From Vampirovibrionales bacterium (lineage in GTDB: Bacteria > Cyanobacteriota > Vampirovibrionia > Vampirovibrionales > JAJTHC01), in NCBI GenBank assembly GCA_044346175.1, contig JBIIZQ010000005.1, positions 86,985 through 150,984 on the forward strand: a DNA stretch of 64,000 bases. The letters are read 5' to 3'. This document shows positions 54,689 through 63,761 of this stretch, piece by piece (positions within the stretch are counted from its first letter, which is position 1; each line of letters starts with the position of its first letter). Made by a program: the position numbers and the translations under genes. Under the pieces are notes generated by a model. It worked only from the letters and a program-made list of their open reading frames with translations, did not search any database and was not told the DNA's origin.

Positions 54689-54973
54689 TTAGATGTTGGG
54701 AGGCTTGGTTGCCTGATGCTGGAAGAGTTTTTCGAGTAAAAGCTCTTCCTTGGCTTCTTGTGCGTCCCATATGTGTAGGTTCTGATGTAGGTTCTGGGGC
54801 CCGACATAGGTCGAGGGGTCTTTGGGGAGCGTGTTATCCAATGCCTCAAGCATCGTGTCGAACGCTTCAGGGGAAGGGAAGTGTTGCAGATAGCCTTGAA
54901 TTCTTTCAAAATGAGCCTGAAACCAAGCTCCTGAAAGCGTGATAGGATGACGAGACGCATCAAACAAAGGCAT
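54689..54973 (-). CDS. Small acidic helical protein (94 aa), unknown function
   Basis: The best-looking of three overlapping ORFs. AAAGGGA lies 7 nt upstream of the ATG. The other two frames are basic, low-complexity junk. Confidence 0.45.
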   Translation of the reverse strand: MPLFDASRHPITLSGAWFQAHFERIQGYLQHFPSPEAFDTMLEALDNTLPKDPSTYVGPQNLHQNLHIWDAQEAKEELLLEKLFQHQATKPPNI

Positions 54974-54998
54974 AGGTTTTTCCCTTTACTTTAAGAGT

Positions 54999-55022
54999 GT
55001 TTTTACTGCACGCAGTAAAAAC
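54999..55022. terminator. Perfect 10-bp palindromic hairpin downstream of the FAS1 gene
   Basis: GTTTTTACTG-CACG-CAGTAAAAAC. Confidence 0.35.
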
Positions 55023-55173
55023 TTTACCATACTCGACCATCACGAGACGTTGTCAAAGTAGTCACTTAAAGTATACCATTTTTACACAAGTACGTATCAT
55101 TTATTAAGAAATAATAAGGATATTCTTAAAATAACACGCTTTTAGTGCGTATGCGGTCTTCATTCCCTATTGG

Positions 55174-56013
55174 CTAGGGTTTGGGGGTGATGACCTGTAC
55201 AATCGGTAAAATGGTAATGGCAGGGGAGGTTTCGCAACGTAAGGCTTGGTTGTAATAGGCTGTGGTTAACTTGCCAGCACCTTGGACACGAAGACTTACG
55301 GTATCCTTAACGCCTGACTTCAAACGTTGCGATAAACGGTGCCTTTTAAGCACAACAGGCTTGCCGTACAAGGTTTTGGGTTGATTGAATACATCCTTTT
55401 TACGTGTGGAAAAAGACCCTTTTGAGTCTAAGTCTAATTCTGCAATGGAGTGATATTGTAATAATGTTATCAGTTCCACCTGATGCTCAGGTGCTAAATA
55501 CCATTCAAGCTTTCCAGCGGGTAGGAGCGTAAAGGCAAGGTTTGTTGGTGCAAGAAAGGTTAACTGGCTGGTGTCGCTCGGTAGCCATTGTACTGCTGTA
55601 AGCTCAAGGAGGGAACTTAGCGTCATGAACTCCGTATGCTGCTCAAGACACGTTTTAAGCTGGGTTCTCACATCCTCGGCACTCATGGCAAGAGGCGTTT
55701 CAGGCTTTAGTGCTTCTGAAGTGACAGGGTTTTGAGGGGCTTGCGATGACACAGAGGGTACTGAAGACTCACTTGATTGAGGCTTGAGGGGTTTCAGTGT
55801 AGAGAACCAAGAGGTCTTGGCACGAGGGGCAACGGGTATGGCATCCATACTGGGGGAAGCTAAAGGCTGAGATTCAAACACCGACGATGGTTCTGCTGCA
55901 TTCACGAGTGGGTGAACGCTACAACAGACCCAAGCCATCAGTATCACACCATATAATACCAACGTCCGAAAGGACACACCACTCATAGGACTATCAAGAA
56001 AAAGCCGAGCCAT
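55174..56013 (-). CDS. Exported fasciclin (FAS1) domain protein
   Basis: Signal-like VLYGVILMAWVCCSVHPLVNA. FAS1 pattern LTFLAPTNLAFTLLP...LLQYHSI...VITP. Confidence 0.7.
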   Translation of the reverse strand: MARLFLDSPMSGVSFRTLVLYGVILMAWVCCSVHPLVNAAEPSSVFESQPLASPSMDAIPVAPRAKTSWFSTLKPLKPQSSESSVPSVSSQAPQNPVTSEALKPETPLAMSAEDVRTQLKTCLEQHTEFMTLSSLLELTAVQWLPSDTSQLTFLAPTNLAFTLLPAGKLEWYLAPEHQVELITLLQYHSIAELDLDSKGSFSTRKKDVFNQPKTLYGKPVVLKRHRLSQRLKSGVKDTVSLRVQGAGKLTTAYYNQALRCETSPAITILPIVQVITPKP

Positions 56014-56156
56014 AGCGCAAAATACTATTGTTTTAGAAGATAACTAAACACGCACTGTCACACGTTCTGTCACAGGGGATACCACTGACGACACCGCCAC
56101 CTTGACGGATGCCCCTTCATCATACACCGAGAGGTACCCTTAAGACTATCACCTAA

Positions 56157-56243
56157 CCTTCTGGATTCTGCAACTTCGTGTGGCATGACGTAATAACGAT
56201 GTAACGGTTCAACACTACGCCTTAGTCTCACCTGTCACCCTGC
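56157..56243 (+). repeat. Dispersed hairpin repeat, copy B
   Basis: CCTTCTGGATTCTGCAACTTCGTGTGGCATGACGTAATAACGATGTAACGGTTCAACAC...CACCTGTCACCCTGC. Colinear with copy C. It ends 9 nt from the radical SAM stop. Confidence 0.75.
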
Positions 56244-56251
56244 TCTTAACC

Positions 56252-57718
56252 TTATGAGCGTGCTTTGGCCTGAATAAAATCAGGGCGTTGCAAGCCAGGA
56301 CGGTAAAAAAGATTATAGGTGTCAAAGGGGATAATATTTAAGGTCTCAGGATGCACAATATGGATGCAGGAACGCTTTACACTCCGAATGTCCATGGTGG
56401 CTACGTCCATAAAGTCGATAATGAGTATCCTAAACACATGCTCATAGCCAATGGCTTCGGGTAGCTCAAACTCAGGTAAACAACACAGGAGAGAACCCAC
56501 ACTCCCCTCTGTACTTTCTGGAGAGTGGTTAAGTGCAAAGGCTTCAAAAAGTTTGGTTTTCATCTCATGCCGAATCGTATTTACTTGCCCTTGGTTTACA
56601 AGCAGCGTTGTAGGGTCGATAAATGCAGAAAGAGGGGTGATAGTACCGTGCAGTTTTAATCCATACCCCATGGCAATGCCATCAGGATGACACGGTACAG
56701 GAATGATGTCTTTTTCGGTGAAAGTAGGATACTGTGCCAAAATATGGGTGCGTACTTCAGTAAGCGTCAGCCTGTCAGTTTTGGCGTTATAATCTTCAAC
56801 ACGCCCTGCATCTTGCACGGGCTGAAAGGTCACCCCTCTTACACAAGGTTGACTTTGTGCATAACGCACAATATCGCCTAGTTCTTGGTCATTTAAGCCA
56901 CGGCGTACCACACAAACCAGTGTGGTAGGAATCCCGTAAGCGTTTAAATGTTCAAGGGCTTTTTGGCGAATATGCGTTAAGTCCTCTCCTCTTAATACTT
57001 GTTGTGTAGGGGCTGTGAGGCTATCAAATTGAAGGTAGACCTCAAAGCCTGGGGTGTATTGTGCTAAACGAGCCACAAAGTCGGGGTCTTTGGCGAGTCT
57101 TACGCCATTGGTGTTCACCATTAAGTGCTTAATAGGACGGCGCTTTGCGGCATCCAGCACTTCAAAAAACTGGGGATGAATCGTTGGCTCACCTCCTGAA
57201 ATTTGAACCACATCTGGTTCATGTTCGTTACGTACAATGGCATCGAGCATGGCTTCAATCTGAGCTAAACTGCGATGGTTCCCCGCCGTGGGGGAAGAAC
57301 CCGCAAAACACGTTGGACACGTGAGGTTACAACGGTCAGTGATTTCAAGGAGGGTCACGCAGGAATGTTGTTCATGGTCAGGACACAAGCCACAGTCGTA
57401 CGGGCATCCGTGTTCAATGGCGGTATTCCAAGTATGGGGCATTTGCCCAGGTTTTAAAAACTGGCGTGTTTGTTTCCAGTATTCATAGTCAGTAGCCACA
57501 AGGACTTTTTCTGCGCCATGCTCAAGACATTGTTTGACCATGTACACCGACCCGTTTTGTAGAATCAGTTTGGCATCGACAACTTTCAAGCAAGTACTGC
57601 ACAACCCACGGGTAAGCTCCAAAAAGGTATAAGGACGCATGGGGGCTGTATGACAACTGGATGTTTTCAAGGGTTGTGCCTCGACGATGTTTTTTGAGTT
57701 CTCTGAAGTATGAGTCAT
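56252..57718 (-). CDS. Radical SAM protein (488 aa) with an N-terminal Cys-rich module
   Basis: CxxxCxxC in ITDRCNLTCPTCFAG, preceded by LCSTCLKVV and GCPYDCGLCPDHEQHSC. ISGGEPT lies downstream. Confidence 0.8.
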   Translation of the reverse strand: MTHTSENSKNIVEAQPLKTSSCHTAPMRPYTFLELTRGLCSTCLKVVDAKLILQNGSVYMVKQCLEHGAEKVLVATDYEYWKQTRQFLKPGQMPHTWNTAIEHGCPYDCGLCPDHEQHSCVTLLEITDRCNLTCPTCFAGSSPTAGNHRSLAQIEAMLDAIVRNEHEPDVVQISGGEPTIHPQFFEVLDAAKRRPIKHLMVNTNGVRLAKDPDFVARLAQYTPGFEVYLQFDSLTAPTQQVLRGEDLTHIRQKALEHLNAYGIPTTLVCVVRRGLNDQELGDIVRYAQSQPCVRGVTFQPVQDAGRVEDYNAKTDRLTLTEVRTHILAQYPTFTEKDIIPVPCHPDGIAMGYGLKLHGTITPLSAFIDPTTLLVNQGQVNTIRHEMKTKLFEAFALNHSPESTEGSVGSLLCCLPEFELPEAIGYEHVFRILIIDFMDVATMDIRSVKRSCIHIVHPETLNIIPFDTYNLFYRPGLQRPDFIQAKARS

Positions 57719-57980
57719 GATTTGTCATCGTCCCTTTTAAACCAAGCAGGATACCACTTTTTATCCCCACGGCTACCCTATGCAAGTGTGAGGTGATACA
57801 CCCTTACAGTGTAAATAAAGCGTGTGTAAAATAAAAGTGGTTGCTCAAGTTGAGAGTGTGTATTGTGAATGATTAAAAGTACAGTGGATGCCGACCTGTG
57901 TTCGATGGGGATGCGATAGATTTTTCACGTCGATGAAAATCGGTAGCCATCTCTCTGCTATAGCGTAAGCTCTCTGGAAG

Positions 57981-58052
57981 CTCTCTGGATTCCGCAACTT
58001 CGTGCGGAATGACGTAATAATGTTACGGCTCAATACCAAGCCTCACCCGTCA
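57981..58052 (+). repeat. Dispersed hairpin repeat, copy C (best hairpin)
   Basis: CTCTCTGGATTCCGCAACTTCGTGCGGAATGACGTAATAATGTTACGGCTCAATACCAAGCCTCACCCGTCA. Perfect stem ATTCCGCA/TGCGGAAT. It overlaps the stop of ORF 58043-59332. Confidence 0.75.
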
Positions 58053-59242
58053 AGGAGGTTTTTGAAAGCACTCGTAGGGTGAGATGAGGCTTCTTTGGGG
58101 GCTTGAGGTAATACGGTACGGGCAGTATGGATAGAGGAGGTCGATACCTCGCTTACTGGAGGCGGGTTGTCTGAGATAACCTCTGCGGATGCCCTATATG
58201 AGGATTCATAGGCTTCATCAGTAGCTACAGCGATATTTGTCTCACGATGTTTGCTTGGCCGTAAGAGGTCAAGCACGCTATGTTCAAGCTCGCTGGATGC
58301 TTTAAAGGCACGTGTAGGCTCTACATGAAATTGATAGTCCATGTACATCCAAAAATTGAGTGTAAGTGTCGGTAAACATAGCAAAGTATGGAGCCACCAT
58401 GAGCGTTCCTTGGTTTGAGGTGTGTAGGCTGATAACGTATGTGTGGGTAAATGACACTGTTGCCAAATGGGTATCATACGTTCAAGCCATTCTTGTTTCA
58501 CGGCTTCAAGGCGAGGGAGGTCTTTCATCATGCTATGGCACGCTAAGGCTGTCCCTACCCAGTAGGCAATGTTGGCAAAGACACCTAAGAGTTTTAAAAA
58601 CACCTGTACCAGTATCATCATCCCTTTGGGTTGCATCATCTGTTTAAGGGTTTCGGAGTTAATATGTGCAAGGTCTGCGGCACTATGTACCTGTGAAAGC
58701 ACCTGCCACACGCCCCCTGAAACCAAACACACAATTTGTATTACGCCTAAAGCAATGGCGGCAACAGTGGCTGGAATGACAATTTTTTGGATAAAATTAG
58801 GTTTCGCTTTGAGTGCAAGACGTACTTCCTGACTACTCTCAAGCCAAGTTAATAAAGCCTGTGCTTGGTTGATAGCTGAGTGATGACCCAGCTGTTGGGC
58901 AAGTTCTTGGGTGCGTCGAGTAGCAAGATATAAAAACTGCTCTGAACGCTCTACGTGACGATTCCGCCAACGCAGACGGCGTAGGTCGGTGTAGTACTTG
59001 AAAATCCATAAAGTGACGACACATAACAGATGATACACGACAAAATGAACGGGTTTCCATAGGGTTTCTCGTGTGCCGAGTGCCACATTCTCAGATAACT
59101 GATGCCAAAGCGCTTCTCGCCTATCTAATAGGACAGCCTGCTCCTGAGCCTCACCCTTCTTGCCGTATAAAGTAGGGTGTAGATTTTCGCTTGGGTGTCC
59201 TGTAGACGTACCAGAAGAAAGAAAATCTTGACTAAACATCAT
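58043..59242 (-). CDS. Integral membrane hypothetical protein (about 399 aa; 429 aa if the TTG at 59332 is used)
   Basis: Several TM helices (VVYHLLCVVTLWIF, AIALGVIQIVCLVSGGVW, LVQVFLKLLGVFANIAYWVG). I prefer ATGATG at 59242 with GAAAG 10 nt upstream. Confidence 0.6.
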   Translation of the reverse strand: MMFSQDFLSSGTSTGHPSENLHPTLYGKKGEAQEQAVLLDRREALWHQLSENVALGTRETLWKPVHFVVYHLLCVVTLWIFKYYTDLRRLRWRNRHVERSEQFLYLATRRTQELAQQLGHHSAINQAQALLTWLESSQEVRLALKAKPNFIQKIVIPATVAAIALGVIQIVCLVSGGVWQVLSQVHSAADLAHINSETLKQMMQPKGMMILVQVFLKLLGVFANIAYWVGTALACHSMMKDLPRLEAVKQEWLERMIPIWQQCHLPTHTLSAYTPQTKERSWWLHTLLCLPTLTLNFWMYMDYQFHVEPTRAFKASSELEHSVLDLLRPSKHRETNIAVATDEAYESSYRASAEVISDNPPPVSEVSTSSIHTARTVLPQAPKEASSHPTSAFKNLLDG

Positions 59243-59376
59243 GCACTGTCCACTTTCTGTCACATCTACTCGGAAGTACTCCCACGCTATGTATGAGGGA
59301 AATCCCTGATGAGTTCGACGATACTCTTTCAATCTGAAATACCTAGAAGCTTATCCCCATTGTGTGGAGGAGTTTT

Positions 59377-60759
59377 TTAGTGTGGGATGAAAGCCTCATA
59401 AACCTTAAAAAAGGCATCCGCAACCTCTTGAAGGTCTTTGTTTGTCATGGCAGGACGTATCAGGTCATGACAAAAAAGAGTATCAGTGTGTAATTGTTCT
59501 GTGGTGGGACAAAGCCCTTTGGGATACACAACCTGTGAGTTGAACGTTGTCCATGGGTGTCCTTTACGTCCAAACGCTATCCGATGCTGGTACAGTGGTT
59601 CCCAATAAAGAGGGCGTACATATCCCACTGAAAATCGACCAAGACATAATTTTTCTTGAGGTGTTAGCGTTTTACCTTGCCAGCTTTCAGGGAAAAGCTC
59701 AGCCTGCACGGCTTGCAAAAATTCGTTACGGTGTAGGATTTTACCGTGTTGGGTAAAAGCGTCGGCACGGTAGCGTAGGGGGTGTAGATAGTACGCATGG
59801 GTACAGTCTTGACGTACGGGGGAAAGTTCAAGACAGGGAAGGTCTTTCAGAAGGTTTTCTAAAACTGCGACTTTGTCTTGTCTGGCTCGAAGCAAGGGGT
59901 TGAGTTTTTCAAGCTGACATTGACCAATAGCTGCCTCTAACTCGGTCATGCGGTAGTTTTGTCCGACCATATTTACCAATTGTTCAGGCAATGCGTTAGG
60001 ATAGCGTGTGCCTACCACAGCCTCAGCATGGTTACGAATCAAACGTAAGCGTTCTGCAAGTTCAGGAGACTGTGTGACCGCAACGCCGCCCTCTCCCGTA
60101 TGGATATGCTTATGGTAGTTCAAAGAAAAAACCCCAATATCACCTAACGTCCCTGCATACGCACCTTGATAGCGTGCACCAGGGGCTTGGGCAGTATCTT
60201 CAATGACCCACAAACCATGCTTTTGAGCTAAGGTTTTTAGCGCTTGATGGTCATGGGGTTGCCCAAAAATATCCACCACAATCATGCCACGGGTACGAGG
60301 TGTAATACATGCCTCAATCGCAGCAACCGAAAGACAAAAATGCTCAGGCTCAACATCAGCAAATACAGGAATCCCACTGTACCAAAGTACAACACTGGCC
60401 GAGGCACACATGCTGTAAGGAGATACAATCACTTCCTCCCCTGGCTCTAATCCTAAAGCTCCCACAGCAGCAAGTAAGGCACTCGTGGCACTGTTCATGG
60501 TCACGGCATGAGACGTTTGAAAGTACCTCTCCCAAGCACGTTCCAATGCTTGTACTTCCTGTCCGCCGTAAAAATCAGGATGGTCGGCTCCCAAAAATTG
60601 TGAAAGAATTCCTCTCTTTAGCACACGCTCTAGGGCTTCCTGTTCTTCATGGCCAAGGGTTTGGTAAGCGGGGAAAGGGACATGACGAATAGGCTTACCG
60701 CCATGAAGTGCCAGAGTCGTGGGTGTGTGTGGTTGCGGATGACGCACCTGAAAAGTCAT
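59377..60759 (-). CDS. DegT/DnrJ/EryC1/StrS-family PLP-dependent sugar aminotransferase (460 aa)
   Basis: From the ATG at 60759 (MTFQVRHP...), which overlaps the murJ stop as ATGA. PLP-lysine region FSLNYHKHIHTGEGG. Confidence 0.85.
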   Translation of the reverse strand: MTFQVRHPQPHTPTTLALHGGKPIRHVPFPAYQTLGHEEQEALERVLKRGILSQFLGADHPDFYGGQEVQALERAWERYFQTSHAVTMNSATSALLAAVGALGLEPGEEVIVSPYSMCASASVVLWYSGIPVFADVEPEHFCLSVAAIEACITPRTRGMIVVDIFGQPHDHQALKTLAQKHGLWVIEDTAQAPGARYQGAYAGTLGDIGVFSLNYHKHIHTGEGGVAVTQSPELAERLRLIRNHAEAVVGTRYPNALPEQLVNMVGQNYRMTELEAAIGQCQLEKLNPLLRARQDKVAVLENLLKDLPCLELSPVRQDCTHAYYLHPLRYRADAFTQHGKILHRNEFLQAVQAELFPESWQGKTLTPQEKLCLGRFSVGYVRPLYWEPLYQHRIAFGRKGHPWTTFNSQVVYPKGLCPTTEQLHTDTLFCHDLIRPAMTNKDLQEVADAFFKVYEAFIPH

Positions 60760-62483
60760 GATGAAGCTCCTTTGCGGTACTTGCTCAATACTTTCTGATA
60801 CACCCACTGGGCTTCCTCTAATTGAAAGCCGTATACCAAGAGGCCGTAAATCCCCAAACCAACGAGCCATGTAAGGCACAACCAACCCCAACCTTGAAGA
60901 CTCAAAGCACCATGGAGGGACACACCTGTGAGGGATGTAAACGGACCACTATGTACCAGTGCCATCCACAAAGCCATGCCTATAAAAGCTGGTAGAAGCT
61001 GAAGAAAGGGTTTACCTAGTAAACCACGTAGCGACCAATCAGGTATATGATATTTTTGAATGACAACACTTAATAAGGTCATATTTAAAAGGGTAATCCC
61101 ACTTGTGGCAAGGGCAATACCCCCTACACCTAACCCTAAACCAGGCCACCCTAAAAAAGTCGATTGACTCAACCAGCCGTTTAAAAGCCACTTCATGCCA
61201 ATCGCCACTAACCCAATCATTAAAGGGGTTTTGGCATTCTGAAAGGCATAGCATACCCTCACAAAGGTATCCCGTGCAAAATACGGTAGCATTTGTGCCG
61301 CTTGAAATACCAAGGCGGTTGTGACCAGTGCCGTATCGTGGGTGTCAAAGGCGCCTCGTTCAAATATGAGTCTGATAAGTGCTTCACCATCAAACCATGC
61401 GATAATCAAAATAGGTATACACACTACCCACAAACCCACTACCCCCTGTCGTACCAGTTTTTTAATGTGAGGGAAGGCTTCTTCACTGGCGGCTTGGGCA
61501 AGTTGAGGGAACAAAGGCACTAACAATGCCGTTTGTAGTACGCCAATGGGAAGTTGCATTAAACGGTTGGCTAAGGTCAACGCTGCCCAGTTTCCTGAGG
61601 GTAATGCAGTGGCAAACGTAATGTCTACATAGGTAATGAGTTGCCCAATCGTGGTGCCGACCATGGCGGGTAAAAGCAACCCCCATAGTACCCCGAAGGT
61701 TCCTTGAGGATGCCACCACTGTTTTTGATGCTCAGGAGGCAATGTGAAGCGGAAGGGGAGTTTATCTTTAAAGGCATCGGGTAACTGTACGAGTAACTGT
61801 AACGTGGCACCTAGGGTTGTGGTCCAAGCTAAAATGTTGCCTTGAGGGTCAATAGGAAAAAAATACAGACTCGCAATCAGCGTTAAATTCACAAGTGCAG
61901 GTGCGAACGAGGGCCAAAAAAAGCGTTGGTGTAGATTACCCCAAGCATACAAAATACCTATCATCCCCCCCAGCCATAAAATAGGAGCCATCACTTGTAG
62001 ATGGTAGGCGGCTATGGGGACTAATGCAGGCTTTGCGATAACCCATCGCACGAGCGATTCAGCACTTAAAAATACACCAATGCTTAACGCTAAAAACACC
62101 CAATGGGTCAGGGTTAAAAATGTCCCAATACGGCTTCTGGCTTCTGTTTCGCCAATCTCATTACGCCATCGTTGATAGAGAGAAACCGTCGCCGTATGAA
62201 AAGGTCCTCCAAGACCCCCTAATAAAATAAGGGCAAAGGAAGGCAGTTGAAATGCGGCAAAATAGGCATCGGTTGCATCCCCAGCACCATAAAAGTGCAT
62301 GATTTGCCAATCTCTGAAGGCACCTGTCAGTTTACTGAGTAAGGTAATGCCTGCAATGAGTCCAGCTGTTTTTAAAAGGGTGGTTTTGGTAGCGGGTCTA
62401 TTCGACACATTTGCCCGAGAAGCTTCAGGGTGTGTTTCAGGCGTGATGTGGTCAGTGGATGTTGGTAAAGGAGAGGCATTCAT
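60756..62483 (-). CDS. murJ: Lipid II flippase MurJ (MviN family)
   Basis: LLSKLTGAFRDWQIMHFYGAGDATDAYFAAFQLPSF and about 14 TM helices. C-terminal extension. Confidence 0.85.
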   Translation of the reverse strand: MNASPLPTSTDHITPETHPEASRANVSNRPATKTTLLKTAGLIAGITLLSKLTGAFRDWQIMHFYGAGDATDAYFAAFQLPSFALILLGGLGGPFHTATVSLYQRWRNEIGETEARSRIGTFLTLTHWVFLALSIGVFLSAESLVRWVIAKPALVPIAAYHLQVMAPILWLGGMIGILYAWGNLHQRFFWPSFAPALVNLTLIASLYFFPIDPQGNILAWTTTLGATLQLLVQLPDAFKDKLPFRFTLPPEHQKQWWHPQGTFGVLWGLLLPAMVGTTIGQLITYVDITFATALPSGNWAALTLANRLMQLPIGVLQTALLVPLFPQLAQAASEEAFPHIKKLVRQGVVGLWVVCIPILIIAWFDGEALIRLIFERGAFDTHDTALVTTALVFQAAQMLPYFARDTFVRVCYAFQNAKTPLMIGLVAIGMKWLLNGWLSQSTFLGWPGLGLGVGGIALATSGITLLNMTLLSVVIQKYHIPDWSLRGLLGKPFLQLLPAFIGMALWMALVHSGPFTSLTGVSLHGALSLQGWGWLCLTWLVGLGIYGLLVYGFQLEEAQWVYQKVLSKYRKGASS

Positions 62484-62582
62484 AGTGTTTTACAGTGTAA
62501 CACAGTTTTTATTACTCAAAAAACATCCTTTAGTTCCAAAGCTTCTACCTACCAGATTTTTCATGTCATTCTCCTACATGAC

Positions 62583-63746
62583 TTACCCAATCGGTAAAAC
62601 AAGCTGTTGTCCACGTAGTGTACGAGGATAAGTAGCTCGATAATACTCCCGTGTTTGAAGTGCTTTCTGACTGGCACGCATGTTGTGGTGTTGTTGCTTT
62701 TGTTCGGGGAGAGACTGCCCGAGCAAACATTGAATGTCTGGCTTCTTTAATAAAGCAGTGATAAGGGCTTCAATGACAGGTACTGCCACACTATTACCAA
62801 ACTGCTTATAGGCTTGGGTGTCTGAAACGGGAATTACAAAATGGTCAGGAAATCCTTGTAGCCTTGCGGCTTCCCGTGGGGTGATTTTTCTAGGGTTCTT
62901 TCCATCGGCTTGTGCAATTAAAATCTCGCTACCGTCTTTGTAGTATCTTGCAGAGAGCGTACTGGTATACTCCGAATGTGCTTCAAACAAGCTGTATCCA
63001 AAGCCGTATCCTTTTGCTTGATGAGCTTGTTTACGGCGCTGATGTCCTTGCCATAAAGCATCTGATAAAGTATAGCGTGTTGTATCTTCTAGGGATTCAA
63101 GCATATCACCAACGCATACAGGAGGGCATGGTGGCTCAGGAAACCTAAAAGATTGCAATGCTTCAGGTAAGGAGGTGTGTATCCCCACCAAATAGATACG
63201 TTCACGGTTTTGAGGCACTCCAAAATGCTTGGCATTCAGCACCTGTGTATAAACGGTATACCCTAGTGCCTCAAGATGGTCTAACATGACCTGTAATGTA
63301 CGTCCTTTATCATGTCCTTTTAGTTGCTTGACATTTTCAAGCAAAAAATAGCTAGGACGATGGGCTTCAAGGATACGCTCAATTTCAAAAAACATGGTAC
63401 CTCGGGTATCTTGAAATCCTTTTTTCAAGCCTGCTTGCGAAAAAGGCTGACAAGGAAAGCCTGCTAAGAGCAAGTTGTGTGGTGCAATAGCTTCCGTTTT
63501 TAGGGTACAGATATCATCATGAAACGTGTGTCCCATTGCCAAAGTATCAGTAAAGTTCGCCTGATAAGTGGTTCTGGCATGTTTATCAATTTCGCAGGTT
63601 AACACACACTGTGTCTCAAGCGTATCTTCTAGGCGAGCAATCGCACGTTCCACCCCAAGACGAATACCCCCTATCCCTGCAAAAAGGTCAATAAAGCGTA
63701 ACTGATGATTAAAATACTCGGTAGGAGACCGCCCAGACGATACCAT
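62583..63746 (-). CDS. DNA (cytosine-5)-methyltransferase
   Basis: Motif I FIDLFAGIGG, IV GFPCQPFS, VI LLENVKQL, VIII QNRERIY, X GNSVAVPV. Confidence 0.92.
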   Translation of the reverse strand: MVSSGRSPTEYFNHQLRFIDLFAGIGGIRLGVERAIARLEDTLETQCVLTCEIDKHARTTYQANFTDTLAMGHTFHDDICTLKTEAIAPHNLLLAGFPCQPFSQAGLKKGFQDTRGTMFFEIERILEAHRPSYFLLENVKQLKGHDKGRTLQVMLDHLEALGYTVYTQVLNAKHFGVPQNRERIYLVGIHTSLPEALQSFRFPEPPCPPVCVGDMLESLEDTTRYTLSDALWQGHQRRKQAHQAKGYGFGYSLFEAHSEYTSTLSARYYKDGSEILIAQADGKNPRKITPREAARLQGFPDHFVIPVSDTQAYKQFGNSVAVPVIEALITALLKKPDIQCLLGQSLPEQKQQHHNMRASQKALQTREYYRATYPRTLRGQQLVLPIG

Positions 63747-63761
63747 AAGATAGGACTCTTG

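Noticed and set aside
54466-54963. ORFs 54466-54942 (+) and 54529-54963 (-)
   Set aside because: They have Cys/Arg/Gly-rich or strongly basic low-complexity translations. The third frame (54689-54973) has protein-like composition and an RBS-like element.
57845-58039. 64-aa minus-strand ORF (…SFRTKLRNPESF…)
   Set aside because: It is the translation of dispersed repeat copy C and adjacent spacer. It is not a gene.
60756-60891. 44-codon N-terminal extension of the DegT ORF (start 60891)
   Set aside because: The extension lies entirely within the murJ coding region in another frame. The ATG at 60759 gives an ATGA stop/start overlap and a normal family N-terminus.
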